Part shown: positions 8,056 through 17,138 of the stretch, in pieces
Layout: each line of letters starts with the position of its first letter
Position numbering within the stretch: the stretch's first letter is position 1
Source: an uncultured bacterium
GTDB lineage: Bacteria; B130-G9
Assembly: GCA_965372715.1 (NCBI GenBank)
Contig: CBDVDH010000021.1
Location: forward strand, 1 to 53,073
Length of the DNA: 53,073 nucleotides
Reading direction: 5' to 3'
Position numbers and translations under genes: made by a program
Notes under the pieces: model-generated
Told to the model about the DNA's origin: nothing
The model's input: the letters and a program-made list of their open reading frames with translations, nothing else
The model's database searches: none

Positions 8056-10173
8056 ATGGCAAAGATAAACTTCGCGTTCGGTGTTCATTTGCATCAGCCG
8101 CTTGGCAATTTCGACCACGTATTCGAGTCGGCGTATAAGAGGTCCTATCTGCCGTTCATGGAGGCAATAGAGCGTTTCGAGCGGGTAAAGGTCGCGGTCC
8201 AGGTGACCGGGACGTTGTGGGAGTGGCTTGAGGCCCACCATCCTGAGTATTTCGATCTTTTGAAGATGCTCTGTGATCGTGGCCAGATCGAGATGCTCGG
8301 CGGCGGGTTCTACGAGCCGATTCTTTCCGTTATCCCGCCCTGGGACCAGCAGGCGCAGATAGCGCTTATGAATTTGCGCATCGAGGAGCGGTTCTCAAGC
8401 AAGCCGGCCGGGATGTGGGTCGCGGAGCGCATTTGGGAGCCTCAGCTTGCTTCCATCATCGTTCGCGGCGGGATCAGGTTTGTCGTTCTTGATGACTATC
8501 ATTTCAACGCGGCGGGGCTGCCGACTTCTGAGCTGTTTGGCTATTTCATGACGGAGGACGCTGGCGAGCGGCTTGCAGTGTTCCCCATCTGTGAGCGACT
8601 GCGCTACCAGATTCCGTTTGCGCAGCCTCACGAGCCTGTCGAGTTTCTTCAGAGGATGGCCTCGGGCGACGAGACGCGGCTCTTGGTCATGATCGACGAC
8701 TGCGAGAAGTTCGGCGTCTGGCCCGGGACGCACAAGTGGGTGTTCGTTGAGAAGTGGCTTGAGAAGTTCCTGACGATGATTTCGGAGGCTGATTTCGTCC
8801 AGACGGTCACGCCGTCCGAATACATGGCCTCCTTTGACCCGAGGGGGCGTGTCTATCTGCCGACGTGCTCTTATTACGAGATGGGCGAGTGGGCCCTGCC
8901 GACCGAGCCCGCGCTGATTTACGATGAGCTCGTCGCGCGACTGAAGAGCGAGAATAACCTCGATCGGTATAAGCCTTTCGTTCGCGGCGGCTTCTGGCGG
9001 GGCTTTTTGGCCAAGTATCCCGAAAGCAACTACATGCACAAGCGGATGTGGCACGTGAGCAGACAGGTTCACGAGGCCCAGATTGGCGACGCAGAGCGGG
9101 CGCGGGCCCAGGCGGACTTGATGCGCGCCCAGTGCAATTGCGCCTACTGGCATGGCGTATTCGGTGGCCTTTATCTGCCACATCTGAGATTCGCGATCTA
9201 CAGGAAGCTGATAGAGGCGGAGGCGGCTGTTCAAAGGGCGCAGCATGGCGAAAACGGGTGGCTTTTGCTCTCGAAGAAGGACATCAACTCGGACGGCCTC
9301 GAGGAGGTGCTCGTTGAGAACCGTAGTCTTGCCTGCGTTTTCTCGCCCGTAGGCGGCGCGATGGTGGAGCTCGATTGCCGCGGGTCATTCACAAACGTCT
9401 TAGACACGCTTTCGCGGCGCAAAGAGGCATACCACGCGCATCTTGGCAAATCTGAAGATCCCTCGTCGGATTCCGCCCACGCCTCGATTCACGACCGCCG
9501 GTATGAGACGAGCGAGCGCATTCTGAAGAATCTAAATTATGACTGGCATCAGAAATGGTCATTCTTGGACCATTTTTTACCACTTGGCACGGACCTTCCT
9601 CAGATACGAGACAGCAAATACAGAGACCTGGGCGATTTCGTCAGGTCTAGTTTCGAGGTTGACACGACGTGTTCGGATAAGGCTGCCATTGTTCGATTCA
9701 AGCGGCGCGGCGTGGTCTATGAGGGGCACGTGCCGCAGCCCGTCAAGCTCGGCAAGCGCTTCGCGATTGACAAGGACAGTGGCCGGATACGTTGTGATTA
9801 TTCGATAGATTACGACGGACAGGAGAGTTTTGAGGCGATATTCGCAGTTGAGTTCTCCTTCGCGTGTTACGGCGGCAAGGACGATTGCCACTTCAGTCGT
9901 GCGGGCGATAGCTGGGAGGCGCTTGCGGAGACGGCAAAGCCCAAAGGCGTCAGAGCGGTGCGCCTCGTCGATCCGTATCGCGGTTTTGAGGTTTCATTGT
10001 CCTTTGATGTTGAAGCGAGCATCTTCAGGTTCCCGCTTCAGACGGTTTCGCAGTCTGAGAGCGGCTTCGAGCTGATCAAGCAGGCGACGACGCTTGTTGT
10101 GCAATGGCCTTTGAGGTTCTCAAGCGACGAAAAGACAGAGAGAAGGATCGAGCTTGAGCTCAAGCCGGTTTAG
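8056..10173 (+). CDS. GH57 alpha-amylase/4-alpha-glucanotransferase (DUF1925/DUF1926 domains)
   Basis: HLHQP, GMWVAERIWEP (nucleophile E), DDCEKFGVWP (acid/base D), AQCNCAYWHG, TVSQSESGFE. Confidence 0.9.
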   Translation: MAKINFAFGVHLHQPLGNFDHVFESAYKRSYLPFMEAIERFERVKVAVQVTGTLWEWLEAHHPEYFDLLKMLCDRGQIEMLGGGFYEPILSVIPPWDQQAQIALMNLRIEERFSSKPAGMWVAERIWEPQLASIIVRGGIRFVVLDDYHFNAAGLPTSELFGYFMTEDAGERLAVFPICERLRYQIPFAQPHEPVEFLQRMASGDETRLLVMIDDCEKFGVWPGTHKWVFVEKWLEKFLTMISEADFVQTVTPSEYMASFDPRGRVYLPTCSYYEMGEWALPTEPALIYDELVARLKSENNLDRYKPFVRGGFWRGFLAKYPESNYMHKRMWHVSRQVHEAQIGDAERARAQADLMRAQCNCAYWHGVFGGLYLPHLRFAIYRKLIEAEAAVQRAQHGENGWLLLSKKDINSDGLEEVLVENRSLACVFSPVGGAMVELDCRGSFTNVLDTLSRRKEAYHAHLGKSEDPSSDSAHASIHDRRYETSERILKNLNYDWHQKWSFLDHFLPLGTDLPQIRDSKYRDLGDFVRSSFEVDTTCSDKAAIVRFKRRGVVYEGHVPQPVKLGKRFAIDKDSGRIRCDYSIDYDGQESFEAIFAVEFSFACYGGKDDCHFSRAGDSWEALAETAKPKGVRAVRLVDPYRGFEVSLSFDVEASIFRFPLQTVSQSESGFELIKQATTLVVQWPLRFSSDEKTERRIELELKPV

Positions 10174-10326
10174 GCCTGGCCAAAGGTCGCCTATTCGGGC
10201 GCAGTTGTCCAGTAATGGAGGAGGTTGATCTGATAGGACGTTTGTTTAGTTCAGTGGGGTTTGCGAGTTGATTCCAGGGCGGGTTGCCATACTCGGCTCG
10301 AGCATTTCCCCATGAGGTGGTAAGAC

Positions 10327-11343
10327 ATGAAGCTAAGAAACGTTATCGAAATGGGCATGGGCGTGCTGAGGGCCAACTACCTAGGCCACAGGCTGCCGTT
10401 AAACGTGATGCTGTCGGTTACGAATCGCTGCACCAGCCACTGCCGCTACTGCAATATCCCGCTCAGGAAGCAGCGCGAGCTCACGACCGATGAGATATTC
10501 TCGCTCGTCGATCAGCTCAAAAGCACGGGCTGCACACGCATCGGCTTCTGGGGCGGCGAGCCGCTTGTGCGCGACGACATCGCCGAGATCATCAACTACA
10601 CTTCGTTCAAGGGCATCTACACAACGCTGGACACCAACGGCTTCCTGGTGCCGGACAGGATACACGAGCTCAGTAAGTTAGAGCACATGATCATCGCGTT
10701 TGATGGCGACAGGGAGGCGCACGAGCTCAACCGCGAGCCCGGCAGCCACGAGCGCGCCCTCGAGGCGATCGAAGTTGCGTCCAACAGGCTACCGTTTTGG
10801 TCGATAACGGTGCTGTCCAAGCACAACCTTCACTCGATAGATTACATACTCGACATGGCGAGGAAGTATAACTTCCTGACGACTTTTCAGGTGGTGCATC
10901 ACAACGAGCGGCTGGGCGTTGACATTCACGATTTTGTGCCCACAAACGAGGACTACAAGACGGCGATTCGGAAATTGATACTTGAGAAAAAGCGTGGGGC
11001 GCCGCTGGCATCGACGTTGCCATATCTGGAGTATCTCTTGGCCTGGGAGGACTACTCGGTCCCGAGGCTGCCGTATCGGGCACGGGGCCTGAAGTGCTGG
11101 GCTGGGCAGCTCTACTGCAATATCGATACAAACGGCGACGTCTATCCGTGCTCACTCCTGATCGAGCTGATGGAGGCCAAGAACTTCCTGGAAGTCGGCT
11201 TCAAAGAGGCATTTGATGCGACCAAGAAGGTGTCCTGCAAAGCATGCGACGCCTCGTGCTTCACGGAATACAACCACCTGTATTCTCTTGACCGGGGAGT
11301 CATATCCGCCTGGCTGAAGTCCATGCATAAATCAAGGAAATAG
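10327..11343 (+). CDS. radical SAM protein with SPASM/twitch domain
   Basis: CTSHCRYC, GGEPLVRDD, CWAGQLYCNIDTNGDVYPC, CKACDASC; SD GAGGTG. Confidence 0.85.
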   Translation: MKLRNVIEMGMGVLRANYLGHRLPLNVMLSVTNRCTSHCRYCNIPLRKQRELTTDEIFSLVDQLKSTGCTRIGFWGGEPLVRDDIAEIINYTSFKGIYTTLDTNGFLVPDRIHELSKLEHMIIAFDGDREAHELNREPGSHERALEAIEVASNRLPFWSITVLSKHNLHSIDYILDMARKYNFLTTFQVVHHNERLGVDIHDFVPTNEDYKTAIRKLILEKKRGAPLASTLPYLEYLLAWEDYSVPRLPYRARGLKCWAGQLYCNIDTNGDVYPCSLLIELMEAKNFLEVGFKEAFDATKKVSCKACDASCFTEYNHLYSLDRGVISAWLKSMHKSRK

Positions 11344-11348
11344 AAGTA

Positions 11349-13094
11349 GTGCATCCCCCCAAGGAACGAATTGTATTGAGCTTCAGCGAGGACTTCACCT
11401 CAAACGCCTCGCTGTTCATCGACGGGCAGATCGCCGCGTCGGCCGCCGAAGAGCGCTTCAACCGCAGGAAGTGCAGCGCGGGTTTCCCCGCGCTGGCCAT
11501 CAAGTATTGCCTGGCCCAGGCGGGGATCGATTTTGCCGACGTCGATACGGTCATCGCGGCCAACAAGTACCACTTCGTGTATCGGCTGTTCCCCACGCAG
11601 TTCAAGGACTACAACCACGACTTCCTGAACCTGAAGCAGAAGGTCTATATGCACTACCACAACCTCGTGTTGAAGAGCCGGGCCCTGCAATCGCTCATTG
11701 AGTGGGGCTGCAAGGCGCTCGTGCAGCGAAGCCTGGGGCGGAAGATCGTGCTTTATGACCACCACATGACGCACGCCTACTCGGCGTACATGACGTCCGG
11801 CTATCCCGAAGCACTCGGCGTTACGATAGACAACATCGGCGACGGCCTTTCAGGCGGGATGTTCTACTGCAAGGACGGCAAAGTCCGGCTCATGTACGGT
11901 ATGCCCGCGCTCGCATCGGCCGGGCAGTTCTACGGCGAGATCACTCAATTCCTGGGCTTCAATCCGCTGAAGCACGCTGGGAAGGTCACCGGTCTCGCGG
12001 CTCGCGGCGACGCATTCAACGCCTATCAGCTGATGATGAAGTTCTTCTCGCTCTCACGAGATCGAAAGGAGTTCATCCTGCCGCCTCTTCTGACCAAAAG
12101 CTTCAAGAACGGCCTGTATAAGGAGCTCGCCATGTTCAGCGCGCAGGACATCGCCGCCGCCGCTCAACGGCGCCTCGAGGATGTCGTCGTGGACTTCGTC
12201 CAGCATGGTCTTGAACAGACGGGGCTGAGGCGCCTCGTGCTGGCCGGCGGCGTTGCGGGAAACGTCCGGATGAACCAGAAGCTGCACGAGCTCCCGCTGG
12301 TTGACGAGATATTCGTCCATCCCGGGATGAGCGACGGAGGCCTCTCGCTCGGCGCCGGACTAATGCACCTGGCGGAGACCAACGGGCTCAAGCCGTTCAA
12401 GCTCGACACCGTCTATTTCGGCCCTGAGTTCGATGACGCCGCAGTTGAAAAGGAGCTTGGCAGGTTCGACGGGCTGAAGGTTACGAAGGACCCGAACATC
12501 GAGGACACGGTGGCGAGGCTACTTGCGGACGGCAGGGTCGTGGCGAGATTCGCGGGCCGGATGGAGTATGGCCCTCGGGCGCTTGGGAACCGGACGATAC
12601 TGTATCAGGCGACCGATCCGACTGTGAACGACTGGCTGAACGATAAGCTGAAGCGTACTGAGTTCATGCCGTTTGCGCCGGTGACGCTGGCGGAGAGGGC
12701 GCACGAGTGCTACCTGGGCCTTGAAGGCGGTGAATACACGGCGAAGTTCATGACGATAGCTTTTGATTGCACGCCGAAGATGAAGAAAGAATGTCCCGGC
12801 GTTGTGCACGTCGATGGCACCGCGCGGCCCCAGCTCATCCACGAGCGGGACAACCCCAGCTACTACAAGATTGTGAAGCGATATTACGAGCTGACGGGCC
12901 TTTCAAGCGTCATCAACACGTCATTCAACATGCACGAGGAGCCGATAGTCTGCACGCCATACGACGCCATCCGCGCGTTCACACTCGGCCACCTCGACTA
13001 CCTCGCAATCAACGACTTCCTCGTCGAGAATGCTGAAAGATGTTCTTCGGACCTGCCCTGTTGCCCCCCTCATCACGGAGACATAGGCATATAA
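11349..13094 (+). CDS. carbamoyltransferase, NodU/CmcH/TobZ family
   Basis: EERFNRRK, HHMTHAYSAY, AGKVTGLAA, AGGVAGNV, MEYGPRALGNR, PFAP, HVDGTARPQ, NTSFNMHEEPIV. Confidence 0.92.
   Translation: MHPPKERIVLSFSEDFTSNASLFIDGQIAASAAEERFNRRKCSAGFPALAIKYCLAQAGIDFADVDTVIAANKYHFVYRLFPTQFKDYNHDFLNLKQKVYMHYHNLVLKSRALQSLIEWGCKALVQRSLGRKIVLYDHHMTHAYSAYMTSGYPEALGVTIDNIGDGLSGGMFYCKDGKVRLMYGMPALASAGQFYGEITQFLGFNPLKHAGKVTGLAARGDAFNAYQLMMKFFSLSRDRKEFILPPLLTKSFKNGLYKELAMFSAQDIAAAAQRRLEDVVVDFVQHGLEQTGLRRLVLAGGVAGNVRMNQKLHELPLVDEIFVHPGMSDGGLSLGAGLMHLAETNGLKPFKLDTVYFGPEFDDAAVEKELGRFDGLKVTKDPNIEDTVARLLADGRVVARFAGRMEYGPRALGNRTILYQATDPTVNDWLNDKLKRTEFMPFAPVTLAERAHECYLGLEGGEYTAKFMTIAFDCTPKMKKECPGVVHVDGTARPQLIHERDNPSYYKIVKRYYELTGLSSVINTSFNMHEEPIVCTPYDAIRAFTLGHLDYLAINDFLVENAERCSSDLPCCPPHHGDIGI
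12920..13030 (+). repeat. 111-bp perfect direct repeat, copy 1 (carbamoyltransferase 3' end)
   Basis: identical to 14699-14809 by base-by-base comparison. Confidence 0.95.
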
Positions 13095-13545
13095 TACGCG
13101 AAAGTTCGCCGGTGCTGCTCTGAACTTCAGGATTTCGCATCCACTCAAGAATGAAGCTGATTGGGTTGCGAGAGGTCACATTGACAACAATGATGTGGGC
13201 GCAGAAGCTGAGCCACCGAGAGCCTGCCGGAACCGCTGTAGGGCTTCAGTGGACAAACTTGTCTAGCTTCGGATGGTGCAGAAACGGGACAAACACCATA
13301 TCGAGGAGAATTTGTCAAACAATAGGTGTTGACTCCATGGTTGGGCGCAGTTTAAACTTCACTTCCAAGTTGAATTCTTCTTCTATTAATGTGGGTATAA
13401 GTGGAATCCGGCTTGACCTTTGTGGCGTTAGCGAACTAAAGTAATAGACCTAGTTGGCCGATTGTTTGTGTGGGTAGCTAGGTGTTCGGAATGCATTGAG
13501 CAAGACTTGAGAAATGTTAGTATCCTATTTGGAAGGGAAGTCGAG

Positions 13546-13725
13546 ATGAAGCGATATCAGGAAGAATTGTATGAGTATGTTGCTGAGATATCGGCAGCTG
13601 AGAAGACCCAGAGTGAGGGTATTTTGAGTACTTATCGAGAATACGTTGCAACTATCGAGCGCTTGCATGGGGCGGAGGATAAGGGCGCGGTATTCTCTGA
13701 GCGACTTATATCGACAGAGAATTAG
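13546..13725 (+). CDS. small acidic hypothetical protein (59 aa)
   Basis: ATG preceded by GGAAGGGAAG; its TAG overlaps the AGGAG SD of the next gene. Confidence 0.55.
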   Translation: MKRYQEELYEYVAEISAAEKTQSEGILSTYREYVATIERLHGAEDKGAVFSERLISTEN

Positions 13726-13737
13726 GAGTATGTTCTC

Positions 13738-14643
13738 TTGACTGAGGCGAATCAGCGGCAGAAGAAGTATCTTAAAGAGCTCTATAGAGGTCGTGAGGAG
13801 CGACAACAAAACATCAGAGAGATACAAGACATAACCGGCAGGGCCCTGCTGGTTTTCGAAAGTGCCATTTCCTCTCTTGGTGTGATGGTCAAGAGTTACG
13901 CGACCCCTCTGTGCGATCTCCTGCAGGCTGTTCCCTATGATTCGGACATTGACCTAATCATTGAGAGTCCTGGAGGGGACATTAACACCGCCGACAAGAT
14001 GGCCCGTATGATCTGGAAGGTTGCAAAGTCGCTGCGCGTGATTATTCCTGTCTATGCAAAGAGTGCGGCCACGATATTAGCTCTTGCCGCAGACGAGATT
14101 GTGATGGGACTTTCCTCAGAGTTAGGTCCCATCGACCCACATGTCAGGCACGGGTACGGTGGCAAAGCCGCGTTCGAATCGGCGCAGAATCTTGTCGAGG
14201 GCTTCAATGAGATCGCAAATGAGGCTATCAAGGCTGGGGGCCTTAGCGAGGCATACTTGCCCTTGCTGGAAGGCTTGAATCCGTCTTACTTGCGGATGTG
14301 CCGTAATTCGGTCCAGGCGGCAACGAAACTCACCACAGAATGGCTTGAGAAGCATATGTTTAAGTCGTTGCCGAGCAGCGATAGAAAGAAGAAAGCAGCG
14401 TCGATAGCGAAGAAACTTGTCGATAATCACTATTGGCTGGATCATCAGAGCGTTATTGACTCTGATGACGCGGTCGGTATGGGACTGAAAGTCATTGAGC
14501 TTGCAAAAGACGACCCATTGTGGAGCGCTGTCTGGGGACTTCATTGCTCCTATAGCTCGTTTTTTCTCCGTAGACCTACTGTCCACGCAATATTTGAATC
14601 CGAGCATGATTCCTTCCTGCAATGGAGCCAACCAAGCACCTAA
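13738..14643 (+). CDS. SDH-family ClpP/crotonase-fold serine protease (SDH_sah-like)
   Basis: LIIESPGGD, AKSAATILALAADEIVMG, ELGPIDP, DHQSVI; TTG start 9 nt after AGGAG. Confidence 0.85.
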   Translation: MTEANQRQKKYLKELYRGREERQQNIREIQDITGRALLVFESAISSLGVMVKSYATPLCDLLQAVPYDSDIDLIIESPGGDINTADKMARMIWKVAKSLRVIIPVYAKSAATILALAADEIVMGLSSELGPIDPHVRHGYGGKAAFESAQNLVEGFNEIANEAIKAGGLSEAYLPLLEGLNPSYLRMCRNSVQAATKLTTEWLEKHMFKSLPSSDRKKKAASIAKKLVDNHYWLDHQSVIDSDDAVGMGLKVIELAKDDPLWSAVWGLHCSYSSFFLRRPTVHAIFESEHDSFLQWSQPST

Positions 14644-14698
14644 GGCCAACGAAGGGACTTGCACTCCCCCGCTGTAAGCCGTGATGAAGCAAGTCGAT

Positions 14699-14816
14699 GT
14701 CATTCAACATGCACGAGGAGCCGATAGTCTGCACGCCATACGACGCCATCCGCGCGTTCACACTCGGCCACCTCGACTACCTCGCAATCAACGACTTCCT
14801 CGTCGAGAACCTGTAG
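14699..14816 (+). pseudogene. displaced 3' end of carbamoyltransferase gene (111-bp repeat copy 2 plus probable original stop)
   Basis: encodes SFNMHEEPIV...NDFLVENL-TAG. Confidence 0.85.
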
Positions 14817-14968
14817 GGGCAGGCCCCCGCGCCTGCCCTATCCAGCGTAGGGGCAGGCCTCCGTGCCTGCTCTACCCAATTGAATCACGAGGGCGGACAC
14901 GGGGGTCCGCCCCTACAGAAACGCAATCCCTGAATTATGATACAGGACGATTCGTGAATCGCCCCTAC
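14813..14968. repeat. cluster of four GTAG-family REP palindromes
   Basis: GTAGGGGCAGGC... at 14813 and 14847; inverted ...GCCCCTAC units at 14890-14916 and 14944-14968. Confidence 0.8.
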
Positions 14969-16198
14969 GCCTCACCGTGCGGCGAGGCCTTCGCCCAAAT
15001 GGTGAGCTGGAGCTCATCGCCGTGAAGGACGTAAACGGGCGCTCGCCCAGAGTGCACCGTGCTCTCCTCGATGATGCGGGCCACGCCCTCGCCTCGCTCC
15101 TCAATGAAGAAGCGTCCGTCTCGTTGGCTCCGCATCTTTGACAAAAAGGACACAAGTAGCTGATTCCGCGTGAACTGCCGATAGCGCATTGTCTCAGGCG
15201 TCAAGGTGTTCGGCAGACCGCCGGGGCTTCTGAGCTCGAGGCGGTCCGCATAGAGAAAAAGGCGAATCTTGGACCCGGCAATGGAGTAATCACGGTGTGC
15301 CACGGCGTTGACAATCGCTTCAAGAACCGCGCCCAGGGCGTATTGTGGATGGTCTTCGCGGCCGACATCCTTGCGCGCTGGCTTAAGCATGAAACGGTCC
15401 ACGAATCGCAGCGCCTCCTCCAGTTGGCAGTTGACCGGCCCCCGTATCTCCTCGGAATGAACCAAGTCGTCCGAGTGATGCCTCGTCCCGCGATATACTG
15501 CCGCGTGGATGTGAGCCCCGGCCAGGTGTTTGGAAGGGTCTCGGCAGAAACAGAGAAGTCCAGCGACTGTCGGTCGAAGCGCCCCCTCGTCGTCCTCCAC
15601 GACAACCCTCCGGTTGACCAAGAGCTGTCTCCGGTCGATCCCCTTTGGAGTGCCCAAAAGCGACTCAAGAAGCTCGCTGTCGAGGTTCTCTGCTGTTGAC
15701 GTGAAAACAGGCGTCTCATCGAAGACAAATGTCCTACCTCTTTCCTGAAATAGCCGCGATAGCTCGGCCTGCGTCAGGTCGCGCTTCGTGGAGCCGACCC
15801 GCATGAACCATCTACCACGCTGCGTACGGTGAACGTAAAGGCCCTTCTTCACCTCAAGAAGCATGATGGCGCTTCGCTGGGCCCTCTTCGGTGGGCAGCG
15901 CGACACTCCGGATGATTGGTCTGACCGGCGGGTCACAGTTGTTCGTTGCTACATTAACCGCCCATTCCTCAACCTTGCGAAATGAATCATCGGAAAGGCC
16001 CTGCAGCGACCCGTCATCGGCCACGCCAAGAAATATCGTCCCGCCTTCCGCGTTGGCAAACCCCACGATCTCCGAGGCCAGCTCGTCAGCGTTCGGCGAG
16101 AGCACAGTAGTTGCTCCAACGCGGACTTCCTTGAACTCGACGAAACTGTCCTCGCCAGCAGCCAACCGTTCAACAATGGCGTCAAGCGTTTGCAGCAT
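14965..16198 (-). pseudogene. Schlafen/AlbA_2 + HATPase_c_4 ATP-binding protein, split by a frameshift near 15870 (pseudogene or assembly error)
   Basis: N-part GEDSFVEFKE...VGFANAEGGTIFLGVADDG; C-part EAIVNAVAHRDYS, DRLELRSPGGLP, RNQLL, EERGEGV in a different frame. Confidence 0.8.
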
Positions 16199-16306
16199 TC
16201 CTCTTCCCAGCACTTCTCGATCTTGGATGTTCTATACGCAGTCACAACATATGGATTATCTGCCCGTCTTTCAACAACGACCCGTATCAGATACGTGCGG
16301 TGGTCC

Positions 16307-16405
16307 GTAGTGGCGGTGCTTGCCCCGCCCTCTGTGCATTCACGACCACGGCACGCGGCAAATCTCAGTCGATTGGTGATACAGGGCGATTCGTGAATCG
16401 CCCCT
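16307..16405. repeat. inverted REP pair
   Basis: GTAGTGGCGGTGCTTGCCCCGCCCT (16307-16331) and AGGGCGATTCGTGAATCGCCCCT (16383-16405). Confidence 0.75.
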
Positions 16406-16466
16406 TTCAGCCGACGTAGCCAAGGCTACTATGGCGAAGTCTGCACACACCGGTCCTCTCCTTTGA

Positions 16467-16547
16467 TTGTCCCAAATGGGACAACTTCCGGCCAAAAACT
16501 GTCCCAAATGGGACAAAATGGAATAATGGCCGTGCCGAACGGGACAA
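16467..16547. promoter_or_regulatory. three phased palindromic operator-like sites TGTCCCA-AA-TGGGACA
   Basis: perfect inverted repeat at 16467-16484, second copy 16500-16516, degenerate third 16532-16547. Confidence 0.6.
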
Positions 16548-16660
16548 TCGAGCTCGAGGCAAAAATTGCCCGGAGCGCCAAATCCGCGTGCCGGGGCTGT
16601 ATCTCACCACTTGGCTCGCATTGAGGCACAAAAACTCTATGATTGAGTGCAAGAAAACGC

Positions 16661-16689
16661 TTGACAAGTTTTCGAGCGGACGCTAGGAT
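16661..16689 (+). promoter_or_regulatory. sigma70-type promoter
   Basis: TTGACA-17 nt-TAGGAT. Confidence 0.7.
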
Positions 16690-16695
16690 GAGCGC

Positions 16696-16879
16696 AGAAT
16701 ACAGGATTCAGGGCGATAGCGTCTATCACAACCCTGGAACTACGTTGTAATTGATTTTACGCGGCAATGGACGGTCTTGCGCCCGTTACCGACAGGACTT
16801 CACAGTCCTGGGAGGTGCGAAGTCAAGATGCAGCCCAAAGCCTACACGACTGACGTAGTGGGCGGTTCACGAACCGCCC
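16696..16879 (+). ncRNA. candidate structured ncRNA or long leader RNA
   Basis: ORF-free, follows a consensus promoter, several stems with G-U pairs on the + strand; no family recognised. Confidence 0.35.
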
Positions 16880-17138
16880 GACCTCTCAGGGCGATCCTCA
16901 ACAGAATATCCCTATAATCCGTCTTGGTTCCGGCTGTTCCACATATCTGGGCCCCAACCCCTGAACAAAAGGTGGCTTTGCGCGGGGCATGTGCGCCTCG
17001 CGCGGGGCCGATTAAACGATAGTCATAATACGTGCGGAGATAGACAGATCAATGATTCTTTTTAATATGCTCAATCTTAAGCAAGGTGGCGCGCCATTCA
17101 GGCGAAACGCGCAGCCAAAGGAAGAGGAGAAAAGGCAA

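Noticed and set aside
14681-15025. 114-aa ORF
   Set aside because: Off-frame reading of the duplicated gene end plus REP sequence
16560-16660. sigma54 promoter next to the operator triplet
   Set aside because: GGCAC words are present but no GC at the required -12 spacing on either strand
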